A stretch of DNA of 64,000 nucleotides from Lama guanicoe (GCA_013239625.1 MU056050.1:242504-306503); one strand, 5' to 3'. Shown: positions 39,997 to 53,320, counted from the stretch's first letter. Notes: generated by a model not told the origin, from the letters alone. A program made the numbers and translations.

Positions 39997-41027
39997 AAAG
40001 AACTGCTAAAATCTTAAGAAAAAAAAAAAAACACAGGAGTTTGAGCTCCACACTGAACCAACAGCTGGCAGAAAAAGCAGCTGTAGAGAAAAGGGGGTTT
40101 CATTTTCATCCTGGTACCTTTGAAAAAGCCGACCTAGGTACATTTTTAACTTCTACTTCTCCAAATCCTGTTCTGGACTTGAAAATGGAGGGAATCAATC
40201 TTGGAATTCTTCCAAGAGGATGAATCTAGTTAGTCCCAATCAATAAATGGCAAACTAGCAGATGAGCTGATGATAGGTTCTTTTATGTGCTTATTTTTGC
40301 CTGTTTATTTTCTGCAATGAGCAAGCAATGCTTTTGTAAAAACAAAACAAAACAAAGCTTTCATTAAAAAACAAAAAAAATTGACATGAAAGGCAACAAG
40401 TAGGACAATGATTTTTTTTCACTTTCTCTAAACAGTAAGTGTTGTGTTTGTGCAGATCCAATTGGCACTGAACTGATTAACAGATGCCTTGGTCAGATGT
40501 GTTCTAGTCACTGATAAGGTGCTTTTCGTTGTAAACAATCCTCTCTTAGGGTCGTTTGGCCCTCAGCGAGTGCTTCACAGGGGAGTGAAGGCTTCGAATT
40601 GTTCAAGCAAAGCCTCCGTGGCCCCCTTTCAGAAGGGCTTCGGAAGAGATTCCTGCACCCTGCACCGTGTGCACAGAGAGACTCGCAAATGTTTTGGCGT
40701 TAGGACCTATTTACTCTCTTATCCACTGAGGACCTCAAAGAGCTGTGGTTTATGTGAGTTACATCTACTGGTATTTGCAGTACCAGAAATTAAAGCTGAG
40801 AAATGAATAAAACACATCAGAGCCATCAGAGTGGTGATGTCATCACACACTTCTGCAGCCTCTGGAAAACTCCACTGTACTGATAAGAGGATGAGAGTGA
40901 AAAAGACAATGTCTTAATGTTATTCCAAAAATAGTTTTGATATGACAGACACCCCCCACCCCGCCCAGAAATGATCCTTAAGAATCACTAGATCATCAAG
41001 ATCCCTTCCAATGCTATGGCTCTGAGG

Positions 41028-41217
41028 CAGGTTTTCTCAACTTTGGCACTTACTGACATTTTGAGGTGGATAATTCTTTATTTGGGGCGGGGTGCTGTCC
41101 TGTGAACAGTAGGGCGTTTACAGAGGCACACCTGGCCTCTTCCCACTAGATGCCAAAAGCAATCTCCAACTGTGACAACCCAAAATCTGTCCAAATAGTG
41201 CCAAATATTGAGAATCC
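41028..41217. mobile_element. MER20-like hAT MITE
   Basis: ttctcaactttggcacttactgacattttg...cccactagatgcc...tgtgacaaccc...tgagaa. Confidence 0.7.
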
Positions 41218-42339
41218 CCCATTCCAGGGTGTTGATTTGATTCGACTGAAATGTGAATTACACAATGTGTACCTCTCACTGCCTTCTCATCAGGCCCCTA
41301 ACGTATCTATTTCCTCTCCACTCCCATCTAGGTGTGCTCCTCCTGTGCTCTTACTAGGTCACAAACAAGAGTCTGGTAGCAACAAGCACAGGATTTATCA
41401 GGTCAGGAAGAGACATTCTGGCCAAAGTTCACCTTTCAGGCATAAAAGGCCTCAGGGATCCAATGCTTGGGGATGGGAGGTAGGGCACACATAGCACCAC
41501 CAGCCAACCTTCATCCAGCCATTCTTAGGACCTGGTAACAACCCAATCCTTAGGAAGTTACCTACCCTCCTCCCCTGAAAACGAGGTAATGGAGGTAACA
41601 GGCTAGTCGTGTGAGAGGAAAGAAGAAAAGGAGCTTCTGAAGGAAAGCCAAGAGGCAGTATACGAGTCTCAGATACACCACCCCTGAAACCTCAACCTCT
41701 GGGGACTTTTTCGTCAGTGTCGAGCTGGGAGGAAGTAACAAAACTGATAGAAAACCGACGTCCTCAGCACCTCCAAGCCAGATATTCACACCCCACCAAA
41801 GTTCCTACTCATCCCTTTAGTCTCCAGAGGTTGGGTCCAAGTTCTTTCGCCTGGAAACTGCCCCAGCCACCTTAGATCCCTTCCCCCTCAAAATTCCAAG
41901 TACCAAACTCAAATCCAGTATCGTTCCTCACCCTTCCTCCACAGCCACAAATCTGCACACCACCCCCACCCAACCCTCTCACTGCCCCTCAGACTGTACT
42001 CATATCTGCTGCTCCCCTCCCCCAAGCTTCTCCACGCAGGCAGTCTCTTCCCTCCCCAGTTTTCTCTCCCGCCCCGTAGTTTTCCACCATCTTCAAAACT
42101 CTTCCCTGATCCTAGGACTAGGACCCTCCTAATTGTATGTGCCACCCTGGAATCTGCACGTACCGTCCTTCTACTCTCATCACTCCTAAGCATCTCCCCC
42201 CAGTTACTTTCTACCCCGATCTACTCCACTCCTCGCTCTTCCTTACCTACTCCCTGGGCGTCCACCCTCCTTACTTGCCCCTTCCTACTCTCATGGGCCC
42301 TTCTCCCCCCGCCATCCCTCGGTCAGGCCTTCTCTAGGT

Positions 42340-42985
42340 CACTGCTCGTCCCTCGGGCCAAGCGCCAACGCCCAGTGTCAGTCGTTCAGCCTCTCAACCC
42401 CCTCCCCCTGGACCAGTCTTTCAGGTTGTGGCCTCTGAACTGTGCGCCCCGGGCCCAAGCGGAGGGACTAAGCAGGAGGGCCCGACAACTCACCCAGGAC
42501 GAGGCAGAGCAGAAAAAGCCCGGAGCCCGGAGCCGGGGAGAGGCGGAAGCACACCATGATACCGCAGAGCAGGCGGCGGCCGCGACGCGAGCAGCGACAC
42601 CGGGGAAAAGGCTCGCGGGAACCGGAGTCAGAACACCGCTGACCACCAACCACAACGCTGCAAAAGCCAGGACTCGGCGCTTCTGCACGGGTCATAAGAC
42701 CAGGGGCGGGGCTCTTTCTTACCTTCAGCCAATCTCCGCGTTTGAAAGCGGCCAGAGGGGTGGTGATGCAGGGCCCGGTGGGCGGGGCGACCACGCCCTG
42801 GCTTTTTGGTTCACAATCATTCCTACGCTCCTAAGAGATGTACGCGGACGGCCTTTTCTGAAGCAAAAGAGAGAGGATGAACTTTTGAAGGTGGGTAGGT
42901 AGTGGAGATCATTTCAGTTCCGACTCCTCGAGGAAGAAAATACTTTGGCCGGAGTAAAAACGGTTGCTAGGCATCGCCACGTAAT
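42340..42985 (-). promoter_or_regulatory. LAMP2: LAMP2 CpG-island, TATA-less promoter and 5'UTR
   Basis: CpG/GC-dense segment around exon 1; GC boxes GGGGCGGGG at 42702-42710 and GGGCGGGG at ~42780-42787; CCAAT at 42729-42733; RFX X-box-like GTTGCTAGGCATC at 42963-42975. Confidence 0.85.
42494..42557 (-). CDS. LAMP2: LAMP2 exon 1 coding part (signal peptide MVCFRLSPAPGSGLFLLCLVL-G)
   Basis: ATG at 42557-42555 in strong Kozak context (atcATGG); 64 nt; donor G|GTGAGT (plus-strand actcac 42488-42493). Confidence 0.97.
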
Positions 42986-45473
42986 ACCTACAGAAATAAA
43001 ACATGATTAGATTCTCCAAACACTGTAGTTGGCCGTGCAGTTCATGCCATTAAATGGACAAGGGAGCTAGAGGGTAATATGGAGTTACTGAACGCCAGAG
43101 CAGGGCTTGGCCTTGAAATTCACTAGTTACAACACCCTATTTTTCAGATGGGGAAATTGAACTCAGAAAGAGGAAGAGTCTTCTTTAAATACAGAAAGAA
43201 ACAAAATGAGGAAGAGAGAAATAAAATAGGATGGGGGGGGGACAAAAGATCATCCCTTTTCCTGCTACCCAGAGAGAGAGAACACTGTTATCTATGTATC
43301 CATTTCAGTTGTTTTTCCTTTCCCTATACACTTGTAAATATTCTTTAATTAGAGTTCATACTAAATATGCTATTTGGTATCGTTGACGGTTGAACAGATG
43401 AAACCTAAAATACTCAACAAATGAAAGCATTCAAAAATGAAAAATCTCAAATTGGGATAAAGCACTGATTCTCAAATGTTTCCAATAGAATCATCTGGGG
43501 ATTTTTAATAACATAGAATCCTCAACCTCATTCCCCAGAGATTCTGAAACAATAGGTCTATGGCAGTCCTTGGAATCTGTTTTTTTTTTTTTAAACAAGC
43601 ACCACAAGTGATTCTGATCTTTATGATCCCTGGACTACACTTTGAGAAAAACTAAAATAGAGCTTCTAAATCATCTAGTCCAGGAGATCTTAACCTGGTG
43701 TCAGTAGATGAACTGGGGGCCCGGGATGGGGGAGGGGGTACAGTTTGTGAATCCCAAGAAATTACATGCAAAATTTATGTATTTGTATTTTTCTGGGGAA
43801 ATTTATATAGCTTTTCCTAGCTCTTAAATGGGACCTGTGACTCCTCACCCTAACACCCTCCCTGGCTCAAATATTAAGACCCACTGATCTACCCCCACTA
43901 TCATCTGCTTTAATGTGATTAATTCCTGAAAGTGAAAACACTTAGCAATGAATGTGTTCTGTCACAGATGAAACTGAGTCATGAGCAAGTGACTTGCTCT
44001 ACGAGGGACTAACATACACTGCAGGATTAGGCATGGCCTTTAGCAAAACAAGGAAACAAGGTCATTTGTCTGCCTCACTATCCATGAGGCTTGACAGGAG
44101 CTATGTCCTGGAGAATCCATGATTGAGTTCAGCACTCAGGAGTTGCCCCCCCCCAGTTTCTTACTGAAAGGACTCTGTCCCTTCTCCCTCAGTTGTAAAC
44201 TGCATAACTTTAATGTTCAGTGAAACCCTAAGTTCTAGAAGAAGAGACAAAAATGCATAGTGGAAAGATGGGCCGTCACAAGAGTTGGGCAGAAAATACT
44301 GCTTACTGGCAGCGTGACCTTGGGCAAGTCACTTTGAGCTCTGTTTCTTTATCTATAAAATCACCTAGTATGACTAGAGCTGTTTCTTAATTCTGGCTGC
44401 ACATTGGGATCACTTGTAGGGCACTGAAACTAGAGATGCCCCTTGGTGCCACCCCTTGAGAGTCTGATTCAGTTGGATGGAGTGGGGCCTTGGCATTGGA
44501 GTTTTCTCAGCACTCCCCAGGGCAGTATTAATGGGCCAGAGGTGATCTCGAAGGTGGCCCCAGCTTTACAGTTCGAGGATTCTATAAAAGTAAATGCATA
44601 TTTGCTTAAAATAGAAGGAAACAAAGTGGTTCCAATTAGTCAAATACCCCATTTAACAAATTGTTGTCCTTAAGTTCTTGCAGAGGTCATCAAATGAAAA
44701 AACAGAACACAGTGAGGTAACAGCAGCCTTATAAGCTAAATGCCACCCCCCCCACCGTCACTGCCTTTTTCCCTGACAAAAACAAAGGCTGGTTTAACCT
44801 CCAAAACCTCGTTCTGTCTCCTAAAGGACTGTGTCCCAGTCAAGGTAAGTAAATGGGTTATTTTGTCAGAAGTAATAGGCAAAAAATTTTCAAATCTTAG
44901 TTTGTTCTGAGCTTCCAAATTCAAAATTGTTTTATGTTCCACCCCCACAAACACTGTGAGAACTACTCCCTTTCGTCGGCACCGTCTCCATCCGTCGCGC
45001 CCAGTCCAAGGAACTTGCCCCAGGCTCTTCTTCCGGAGACACAGATGGGGCTGTGGGACTGGGCGCTGTGTGTGGGGAACTCTGTAAGATCCCCTGGGAT
45101 CTGAGCTTCACATCTGTGGACTGGGTTGTTGATCCTGCTGTAAACCGAGTGCTTTTACTGCTTCCTGTCCTTCAGTACCTCCTACCTCCCCTCTGTGCAA
45201 GACCCCTCAGCCCCCACCCCAGCCTCCTACCGCCCTAGGTAGGTTATGACTCTTCTGAGGAGCTTGGAGAGCTCAGGACTTTTTGGCCAGGGAGCCGGGA
45301 GTCACTGGCAAACACGTCCTTAAATGTGAATACGCTGAGTGGTAAATGATAGACAATAAAATATATGGGTCAGAGAAAGGAAATGGAAATAAAGATACAG
45401 ATTTAGAATGGAAAAAGGATAAATGCACATCAAATAAGCGAATGAAGTATATTAGTGTCACCTACCGGCCATC

Positions 45474-45885
45474 TCTCAACTGAAGAAAAACTCACAGCCT
45501 CAAAGTTGTGAGTTCTGTTTTTTTCAGGGACCTTTCTGAGGAACTCCTCCAAAGAGGTCAGGGACGAGCCAGGATAAATGGGAGTTTTCACTGGAAAAAA
45601 ATCCCGTAGTTGAACATCAACAGATAATTGATAATCAAAAAAAAAGACATCTCTGGTTAAAGATTTTAGTGTTTTTCTGTGTATGGAAAGATGCAAGAAG
45701 CTCTACTAGTTGAAATTACTCATCAGATATGCATCTTAACCACCTAGGGCCAGTGTCCTGTTTTTCTCCATCCTGAGTCCCCTCAGGCTCACTGTCAGGG
45801 CAGCGGCAGTGGCTGAAGGCTTGATGTTGGGGGTGGGCAACATTCTTTGTTTACTGAAATGGCAGGCAGCATTTTTTTGTCTGCA
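45474..45885 (-). mobile_element. Solo ERV1-type LTR
   Basis: Colinear with the element at 58266-59292; 4-bp target duplication CATC at 45470-45473 and 45886-45889; orientation inferred from the AATAAA position in the sister copy. Confidence 0.75.
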
Positions 45886-47494
45886 CATCATATAGTTGTG
45901 CAAAAAGTGTTGCCTACACTCCTTTTTGCGTTCTCCCTCTAGCATGGCCCCCTTTTCCGGGTAAGCCTCCAACCTGTGACAGTGTGGTCATCACTCAGCC
46001 CCAGCAGAGAAGTCACAGTGGGCCCAAAGGCTGAGCTAGAGCACACTGGGTGGATGGAAACACGCCCTTGGGAGTTACTTGTCTTCCCCAGCAGGAGTCT
46101 TCTGGACCTCCCCTTAGAGGACCTGGTCGAATCTGCTAGCAGTTCTCAACTTGGGGCTTGTGTGAAAACCACCAAAAAGGCTTTTGAAAACACAGATGAC
46201 TGGGCCCCACTATGGAGTTTGCGCAAGTCTGGGGTGGGGTGTGAGCATTGCATTTCTGGCAACTTCCCAGATGATCCTGATCTTTGCTGTTTTGAGTAAA
46301 GAGGCCCCAAACCGGGTGACCCATCCTCTGGGGAACGGGACTAAGAGGTGGGGGAGAGAGGACTTTCATTAACTTCCGCAGTATTTCAATTTTTACGGCA
46401 AGTGAATTGTTTGTGTAATAATGTTTTTAAATGAATGAATGCAAATCAATTTTTTAAAAATCAAATAATTTTTAAAAGTATAAAATCTAAAGGAAATACA
46501 CTTTCCCCTACCCTGGACCACAGTCCCACTCCTCAAAGTAATAACTGGTAAAGGTCTCTTTTTTTAAACTCTCATGAAAAAATTATGCATGTACCTGCAG
46601 ATACATTTATATTCTGGTTTTAATTAGAGAAATACAAGCATGCTCTACAGATGGTTTAGTGGTTTGCTGTTCGAGATATGTATCTTGAAGATGGTCCTTA
46701 AAAGTCATATAGCTTTACCTCATCCTTCTGAATAGCTGCATAACCTTTAATTGTGTAGCTGTACCATAATTTATAAAAATACCAGTGATCTAAAACCCCT
46801 CCGCCCAAAACAAATCCCTAGCTCTGTCTGCAGCATCGCCCTGTGGTTAACACAGGAACTGCATCACAAAACAACACCATTTATGTAAACAAATTTTAAT
46901 AAATCATTTAGATTTATGTGGCCCTTTTGAAAAGTGGAAAGGTGCCACAAGAAAAGCATCACTGGTGTGGCTGGAGCAGAGTGGAGTCTGGCCGCTGTGA
47001 TGCTGAAGTGGATTTCTGGAACCCACTCAGCCATCAGATTGTCATGCAACCTGGGGAAAGTCATTTCATGCTCTGTGTGCATCCTCTCCACACACAGATG
47101 AAGACGATTCTGGCCCCTGCTGCTCACTACTGGTCATTTGCGTGACCGCTGGACCTCAGCCCCCTCATCCATAAGATGGAGATGAGAATAGTACCCATCA
47201 CTTAGGATTATTGTGAGGATTAAATGAGATATGGGGAAAGCGCTGATGCGTCGTGAGCGCTCGACAAGCACTCCCGTTACTGTTAGTAGTAGTAGTGATC
47301 GTAGCGTTCCCTTCTGCCCGCCAGTGCATCAGAGACCTCAGAGGTTTTCACTGGTGCTCACTGATTAAGGGAGGGCCACGGAGAGCCTTCAGATTTTAAA
47401 ATTCTTTCTGTATAAATGTGTATATATCCAATGAAGAACAATTGTAAAACATGGCTAAACACAGAGAGGAAAATTAAAATAACCTATAGTCTAA

Positions 47495-47675
47495 GGGAAG
47501 GGCATAGCTCAAGGGGTAGAGTGCATGCTTAGCACGCATGAGGTCCTGGGTTCAATCCCCAGCACCTCCTCTAAAAATAGATAAGCCTAATTACCTCCCC
47601 CTCCACCAAAATAAAATAATTAAATAATATACTAAATAAAGCATTTTTAAACATAATAAAAATTAAAAACAATAA
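47495..47675 (+). mobile_element. tRNA-derived SINE (camelid-type)
   Basis: GGGAAGGGCATAGCTCAAGGGGTAGAGTGCATGCTTAGC...GGTTCAATCCCCAGCACC, A-rich tail, target duplication aaaataacctatagtc/aaaataacctgtggtc. Confidence 0.87.
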
Positions 47676-48268
47676 AATAACCTGTGGTCCTACTTCTGCC
47701 CAGAACATTCCTTCTCCTCCCACCTCCTCCAACAGGCTGGCTCCTGATTCTCTTTCAGGTGACATGACTTCCTCTCAAGAAATCTCCTTTAACTGAATTA
47801 GGCTGAATTAATGGGCTTTCACCAGTGTGCGCCCCTGGTACCCCGGACTCTCCTCCTCACGGCGTTCATCACTCTGTAATTGTCTGTGCAGCAGCCCAGA
47901 CCCCAGAGTAGCCCGTGAGCTTCTTTAGGGCAGAGAACATGGCCATTTTTTTCACTAATCTACACTCATAGTTAAGTGCTCAGTAAATGTTTATTGAATC
48001 CACAAATGAATGGCAGATCTAAGAATAGGTTCTTGGTTTTTGGAGATCATATGACCTAACTGCTGAGCTGGCGGAATGGTCTCCCCGGCAGCCTATTCCC
48101 CAGGTGTTTTCCATCTGTGTCACATCAGGGAAAGTGGTAGAATGTGTGCCTCTCTCCACTACACTAGTCAGCTGACCACTGCCTAACGTCTAACTTCCAC
48201 TTCTGTGGCTTCCTCACTTTCTCCTGGTCTACATGTCCCTCTTTCGCTCTCTTTCTTTTTGAGTCTCA

Positions 48269-48302
<34 letters not shown>

Positions 48303-48314
48303 TACACACACACA
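48269..48314 (+). repeat. Compound (CT)n(CA)n microsatellite
   Basis: Directly visible. Confidence 0.9.
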
Positions 48315-49914
48315 GTCTTGCATGCCAGCATTACTCACCTTTTCACTGGAATCTCCATATCCTCTTTCAACTCAATAGATTATGAAGGAGAGTGATCCCA
48401 GGACATTAGGACCCATGAAGCCATGAGACAATTGTCACTGAGGAAATGTCCCATCCTTCCCTCCATTTGCAGTAAGAGTTCGGAGGGCCAGGTTCAAATT
48501 CAGAAATTCTTACCTCCTCTTAATGACACTATTGATGAGAACAATAACCTGGTGCTTCAAGTGTCACTGAGAAGGCTGCAGCCTGCTCTTTGGCTTAAGA
48601 TGGCAGCCACCTACCTCAGACTCCTGATGTGACGTGAGGGACACTGAAAATCCAAAGAGCTCTTGTCTGATTCAACCCTTTCATTTTGCCCAGAGAGGCC
48701 AAGTTACTTGACCAAGTAGGCATCAGAGCTGGGACTAGAACTCTTACCTCTATATTTCTGTCCTGGTGCTCTATTCTCAGTTGACTCAAACCCTGTGTTC
48801 TAAAAGGCCCCGTTCATGAAAGCTTCATGTCAGTGAGAAAAGCCAGGGAAACACTCAGGGTCCAGTTCTGGTACAGAACTGATTACATGGAGACCTTAGC
48901 ACTCTTATGAACTGAAATGTGTAAGTTTCCTAGCAACGTCACTCTTCCAGATGTTGTTTATTCCCTTTTCCAGCTGACTCCTCACAAAAGTCCTTGCTGG
49001 CTTTATAGCAGGCTTTAAGGAAGACAGTGCATCTATCTGGCCAACCCCTCCATGAGGGATTTAATAGAGGTAAAAAAAAAACCCACTTCACTTGATTCCA
49101 TCTCTTCCTTTCCGTCCATATTTCCCCACCCTTGCTCCCCAGACACAGTGATTTCTGAGAGCCAGGGTGGCTTCCAGGGGTAGACACACCCACGTGGAGA
49201 CCCGTGAACCAGGATGGAGACACCAACCATCCAGATAAAACCTAGGTGATGGATGTCCCAGGGGCCCACTGAGGGTCTCGCATTCGGCCGCATCCAGCAC
49301 CGGGTACACACCTAACAGTCACTCACTCTCCTCAGCATAAAACCCAGGAAAGCTGGTTTCTGATCCCAGTTTGGCCACTCCTCACTCTGTGGCCTGTTCA
49401 GGCCACTGACTCTCTTTAGCCACTTAATCACACTTTCCTCTACTGTCGAAGGCTTTGAACTACATCAGTCTTTCTCAAAGTGTGTCCCATAGGGTCCCTG
49501 GGCTCAGGGGAGGGTTCTCAGAGCACGTGAGGAAGAGATTCCGTGGGTAGGACATCCTGCCTTTCATGCCACACCAACCAGAATGGCTCTAGTTTTCTCT
49601 GTTTTAGATTGTGGGGTTTTGTGTGACATTTTGTTTGAATAAGGAGCTCTGTGGCTAAAAAATGACAAGAAACTTTGGGCTAGAAAATTGCATGGTCAGT
49701 TTCAGCCATAACAGTCTAAAATCTTAGGTTCTTTCTGGGTTTCCAAGATAAGCCTGTCTGATAATGAAGGATTCTGATGTATTTTGCTCTAAAAAGAGCA
49801 GCTGAAATGAGAACACTTGACAAGCATGTCCATGGCACCTCTAGGGTCACCTCTAACAGGTGACACCCCCCCCAAATAGTAATAGCTAGCATGTCCTATT
49901 TGCCAGGGACTGTT

Positions 49915-50105
49915 GCTCTGTGTCCTCACGAGGCAGAGAGAGCATCTCTCTCGTGTTTCTTCTCACTAAACCCATTCATGAGAGCTCCACCCTTGTGACC
50001 TGTTCACCTCCCATAGGCCCCAGCTCCAAACATCACTACTTAGGGCATTGGAGCTTCAACATATGAATTGGGGGTGGGGTGCGGACACAAACATTCAATC
50101 ATAGC
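49915..50105 (-). mobile_element. MLT1/MST-type MaLR LTR fragment
   Basis: cccattcatgagagctccaccctt...cttcaacatatgaatt...gacacaaacattcaatcatagca. Confidence 0.6.
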
Positions 50106-50806
50106 ATTGCCCATGGTCACATGTCTGGTAAGTGGTAGAGTCAAGTTCCAGCCCTGGCAATCCAGTTCCAGTGTCCACGTTCCCAACCTTTACACTATTG
50201 TGCAAAGTGTCTAGCACTTGGTGCTGTTGTGATCTCTGAAAATCCATCTGCCCATTGGACATATCCACTCAAAGAGTTCGCTGTCACCTCAAACTTAATT
50301 TCTTCTAAACCAAACTCATCATTTCTCTTCTTCTCCAAGTCAGGTGTCCCTCCCCATTTCCTTTGTCCCCCCAAAGATTTCTAGACATTATCTTTAATGT
50401 CTTAACATTATATTTAATCCAACTCCTCCATACCCAAAACTAGCCACTCACCAAGTTCTGCTGACATTTCTTTGACTATTTCTCTGGGATCCATCCACAG
50501 CACTCTACTCCATCCTAGACCAGGCCCTCATTGTCTAGCTGGCCTCCTTGACTCCAATCCATTCTACACACCAATGTCACAGTGATCTTCCTCAAATATT
50601 GCTTTTACCACATCCTTCTCCTTCCCAAAACCCTTCACTAGCTCTCTCTTTCTGACTCTATTATCTCTAGATGTTTCTGCTTGGACTTTGAGGCCTCCAC
50701 AGTCTAATTTCTCTCTATCAAGCCAATTTTGCCTTCACATTAACATTCTCTGCTCTAACATGGGAAGTCTACTTATTGCTGCATAAGTTTTCATTTACAT
50801 TACATC

Positions 50807-51345
50807 TGTGGCAGACACAGTTTGTTGTCTAACAGAGTACCCCTACTTCCTTAGTGGCAGAACCTTGATTACCTTACAGGTGACAATGTGCTCAGCCCCA
50901 AGAGATGAGTCACAATTGCTCTAAGCCACTCATGCAAGCCTTTGCTAGTGATGGATATACGGATGACCAAGTGACCTAGTTTTGGCTAATGACACATGAG
51001 GAGGACTACTCTGTGGGAGCTTTTGGGAGAGATTATTCCTCTCATGAAATGAGTTGAATGTGGGAAAAGGCTCCATAAACCTCTTGCTTGAGGTACTGGA
51101 GTTAGGATGTGATGTCTGGTGCTGTGGCAGCCATCTTGAAACCATGAGGGAAGAGAGCACTGTTGCACTGAGGATGTCAGAGCAAAAAGACCAAAATATT
51201 GATGATATCACTGAGTTGCTACAGAGACCCTGGGACTGCCCACCTCTGAACTTCTTGTTAAGTGGGATAATTAATGTCCTTGGAGATTGAAGTCACTGGT
51301 AGTTGGGGAAATTTGTTGCTTGTGCTTGACGTCATCTGAACTAAT
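50807..51345 (+). mobile_element. Old MLT1-type MaLR LTR
   Basis: tgtggcagacac start; gcagccatcttgaaaccatgaggg core. Confidence 0.55.
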
Positions 51346-51897
51346 ATCCTTCATCCAAGAAGCTATCCATTTGTTCTACCACCAATTCAAATCCTGAAAT
51401 ATTTTCAAGATGCAGCTCAAACCATACCTGCAGACCTCATCAACCTCCTTCTCTGCTGAGCTTCTAAACTAACATTTAACCTGTGTCCTACAATTCAGTG
51501 CTTCATTATCATGAGGTTTTGTATGGCTTTTCACTCTATCTTTTCCCAGGCTCATTTCAACTCTCCAACTAGGCTAAGTTCCTTGAGGAGGGTGCCCCCT
51601 ACTAGTGTATTTTTCTCCAGGGCTGCCACAGTGCCCAACCTGGGGCTGCCCAGAGTGTGCTCAGCAGCCTTCCTCATCTGAATACTAATGATGTCTGAAA
51701 ACTATTGGAATTCTTAGTGCTGAATAAGAGGCACCTCGTGTCTCCTCACAATGACAAGTTCGTTTTTCACTCCAGCACAAGTAATTCAAAGTCCAAAGTA
51801 AACAGGTGACATTTTATGGGCTCAAAGGATTTTTTGAGAATTGACCAGTTGTTAAATATTATTTAACCCTCAAATCTATACTGTGGAACATACAAGT

Positions 51898-52280
51898 CAG
51901 TGTTTCTCAATAACGACTGCACATTAGCATCACCTGGGAACTTTTTTAAACATACAGATGCCAGGATCCCACCCGCAGAGATTCTGACTTAATAAGAGGT
52001 GTGGTCTGGGCGTCAGAGGTTTTAAGAGGTCTCTGAGTGGTTCTAATGTACAGCTAGGGTTGAGACCCACTGCATCACTGCGTTGAAGTCCTAAAGCAGG
52101 ATTCTTAAACACTGATGTACATAGCAATAACCTGTGGTTTATGTCAAATCACCATTTCTGAGTCTCACTACCAGAAAATCTGAGAGTCTGATTGGGGTCC
52201 AAGGATCTGCATTTTTAGAAAATAGGCAAATGAGTCAGATGTATGAGGTCTGTAGGCTACATTTTGCGAAACTCTGTTGT
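51898..52280. mobile_element. Two adjacent MER5-type hAT MITEs (similar copies at ~140-300, 15905-16060, 43465-43650, 46138-46295, 62240-62400)
   Basis: cagtgtttctcaa...atcacctgggaactt...gattctgacttaat...ttgagacccactg palindromic structure. Confidence 0.65.
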
Positions 52281-52779
52281 AAATGAAATTATGTCTAGAA
52301 AAGTCTGTGGTCTACTTTTTACTTGCTTAAAATATACTTCTGGCAGAAAATTAATCTGTAGTTGTTATAAGTCAGACATAGGAAAAGCAATTATGGTCCT
52401 CTGCTCTAAAGAAAGAAAAAAAAAGAAACCCAAGACTTGTTTAGTGTTAAACTAATGATTCACACCAAAGGACAATGCTAATTTCCGATGCAATAGATGT
52501 GAGTATAAGTATGGGAAAAAAAAGAAAATTGTTTTAAACGATAGGAAGATTTTCCTGAAAACAAAGTGAACATAAGCTTTTTAAATGATCCAAATCTAGG
52601 AGACTGAACTGTTCTGATGATTCAGACTGAAGTGCATCAAGACTGCTAACTATGTGCAACAGACTGGAATAGTGGGTCCCAACCAGTGAGATATAAACTA
52701 AACAGAGATAAACATAGAGCCGGCTTTTCATTTAGTTTTGTTTTTCAGTCTATTTCACAAGTACAGGATGGAAGAGATC

Positions 52780-53320
52780 ATACTTGGCGAAAACTTATGT
52801 GAAAAAGATCTGCAGTTTCTTATTACTGACGAACTCAATATGAGTCAACAGTGTGACTCTTAAAAGAAAAAAGGTGTAAAGTTCAAGCTTGGGCCACTTC
52901 GGTAGAAAACTTGAGTCAAAGGAGGTGACTGGAATCACAGTTCCAGTTCTGGGTACCACAGTTTTGAGACATTAAACTAGAGCTCCTCCAGGAACGGGAG
53001 ACCAGGACGGAGAGGAACTGCAAAATCTCCCCTCCGGGGACAGCTCAGGCTGGAGAATGGAAGTCCTGAAACGGGGAAGAGCGGCGGGGACAGCACCTAC
53101 CTTGTGGAGCTCTGGAGAGAAAAGAGGAAGATTAGGTTGAAGTCCCTCAGAGCCAGGATTCAGTTCAGTAGAAAGGAAGCATTTCTAAGACCTTAAAAAG
53201 TAATAACCCATAGTGACTTGTTTCGAGTCACTGGAAGTGTTTATAAAGAAGCTGAACGCGTTTCAGCACTGGAAGAAAAGTTAGATACGGTGACTTCTAA
53301 GCGCTCTATCAACTTGGACC
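52780..53320 (+). mobile_element. Ancient CR1/L3 LINE 3' fragment
   Basis: ctcaatatgagtcaacagtgtga, cagttctgggtaccacagtttt and gtcactggaagtgttt motifs typical of L3. Confidence 0.6.

Noticed and set aside
42375..42902. 175-aa plus-strand ORF antisense to exon 1
   Set aside because: Non-ATG start, no recognisable domain, and expected from stop-codon depletion in a GC-rich CpG island.
44997..45066. 11-bp perfect inverted repeat (gcgcccagtcc/ggactgggcgc) with a 48-nt spacer
   Set aside because: About one such match is expected by chance in 64 kb, and the stem does not extend.
47495..47570. tRNA gene (also at 28587, 30170, 31955, 39925)
   Set aside because: Diverged tRNA-like heads followed by A-rich tails and target duplications are SINEs, not tRNA genes.
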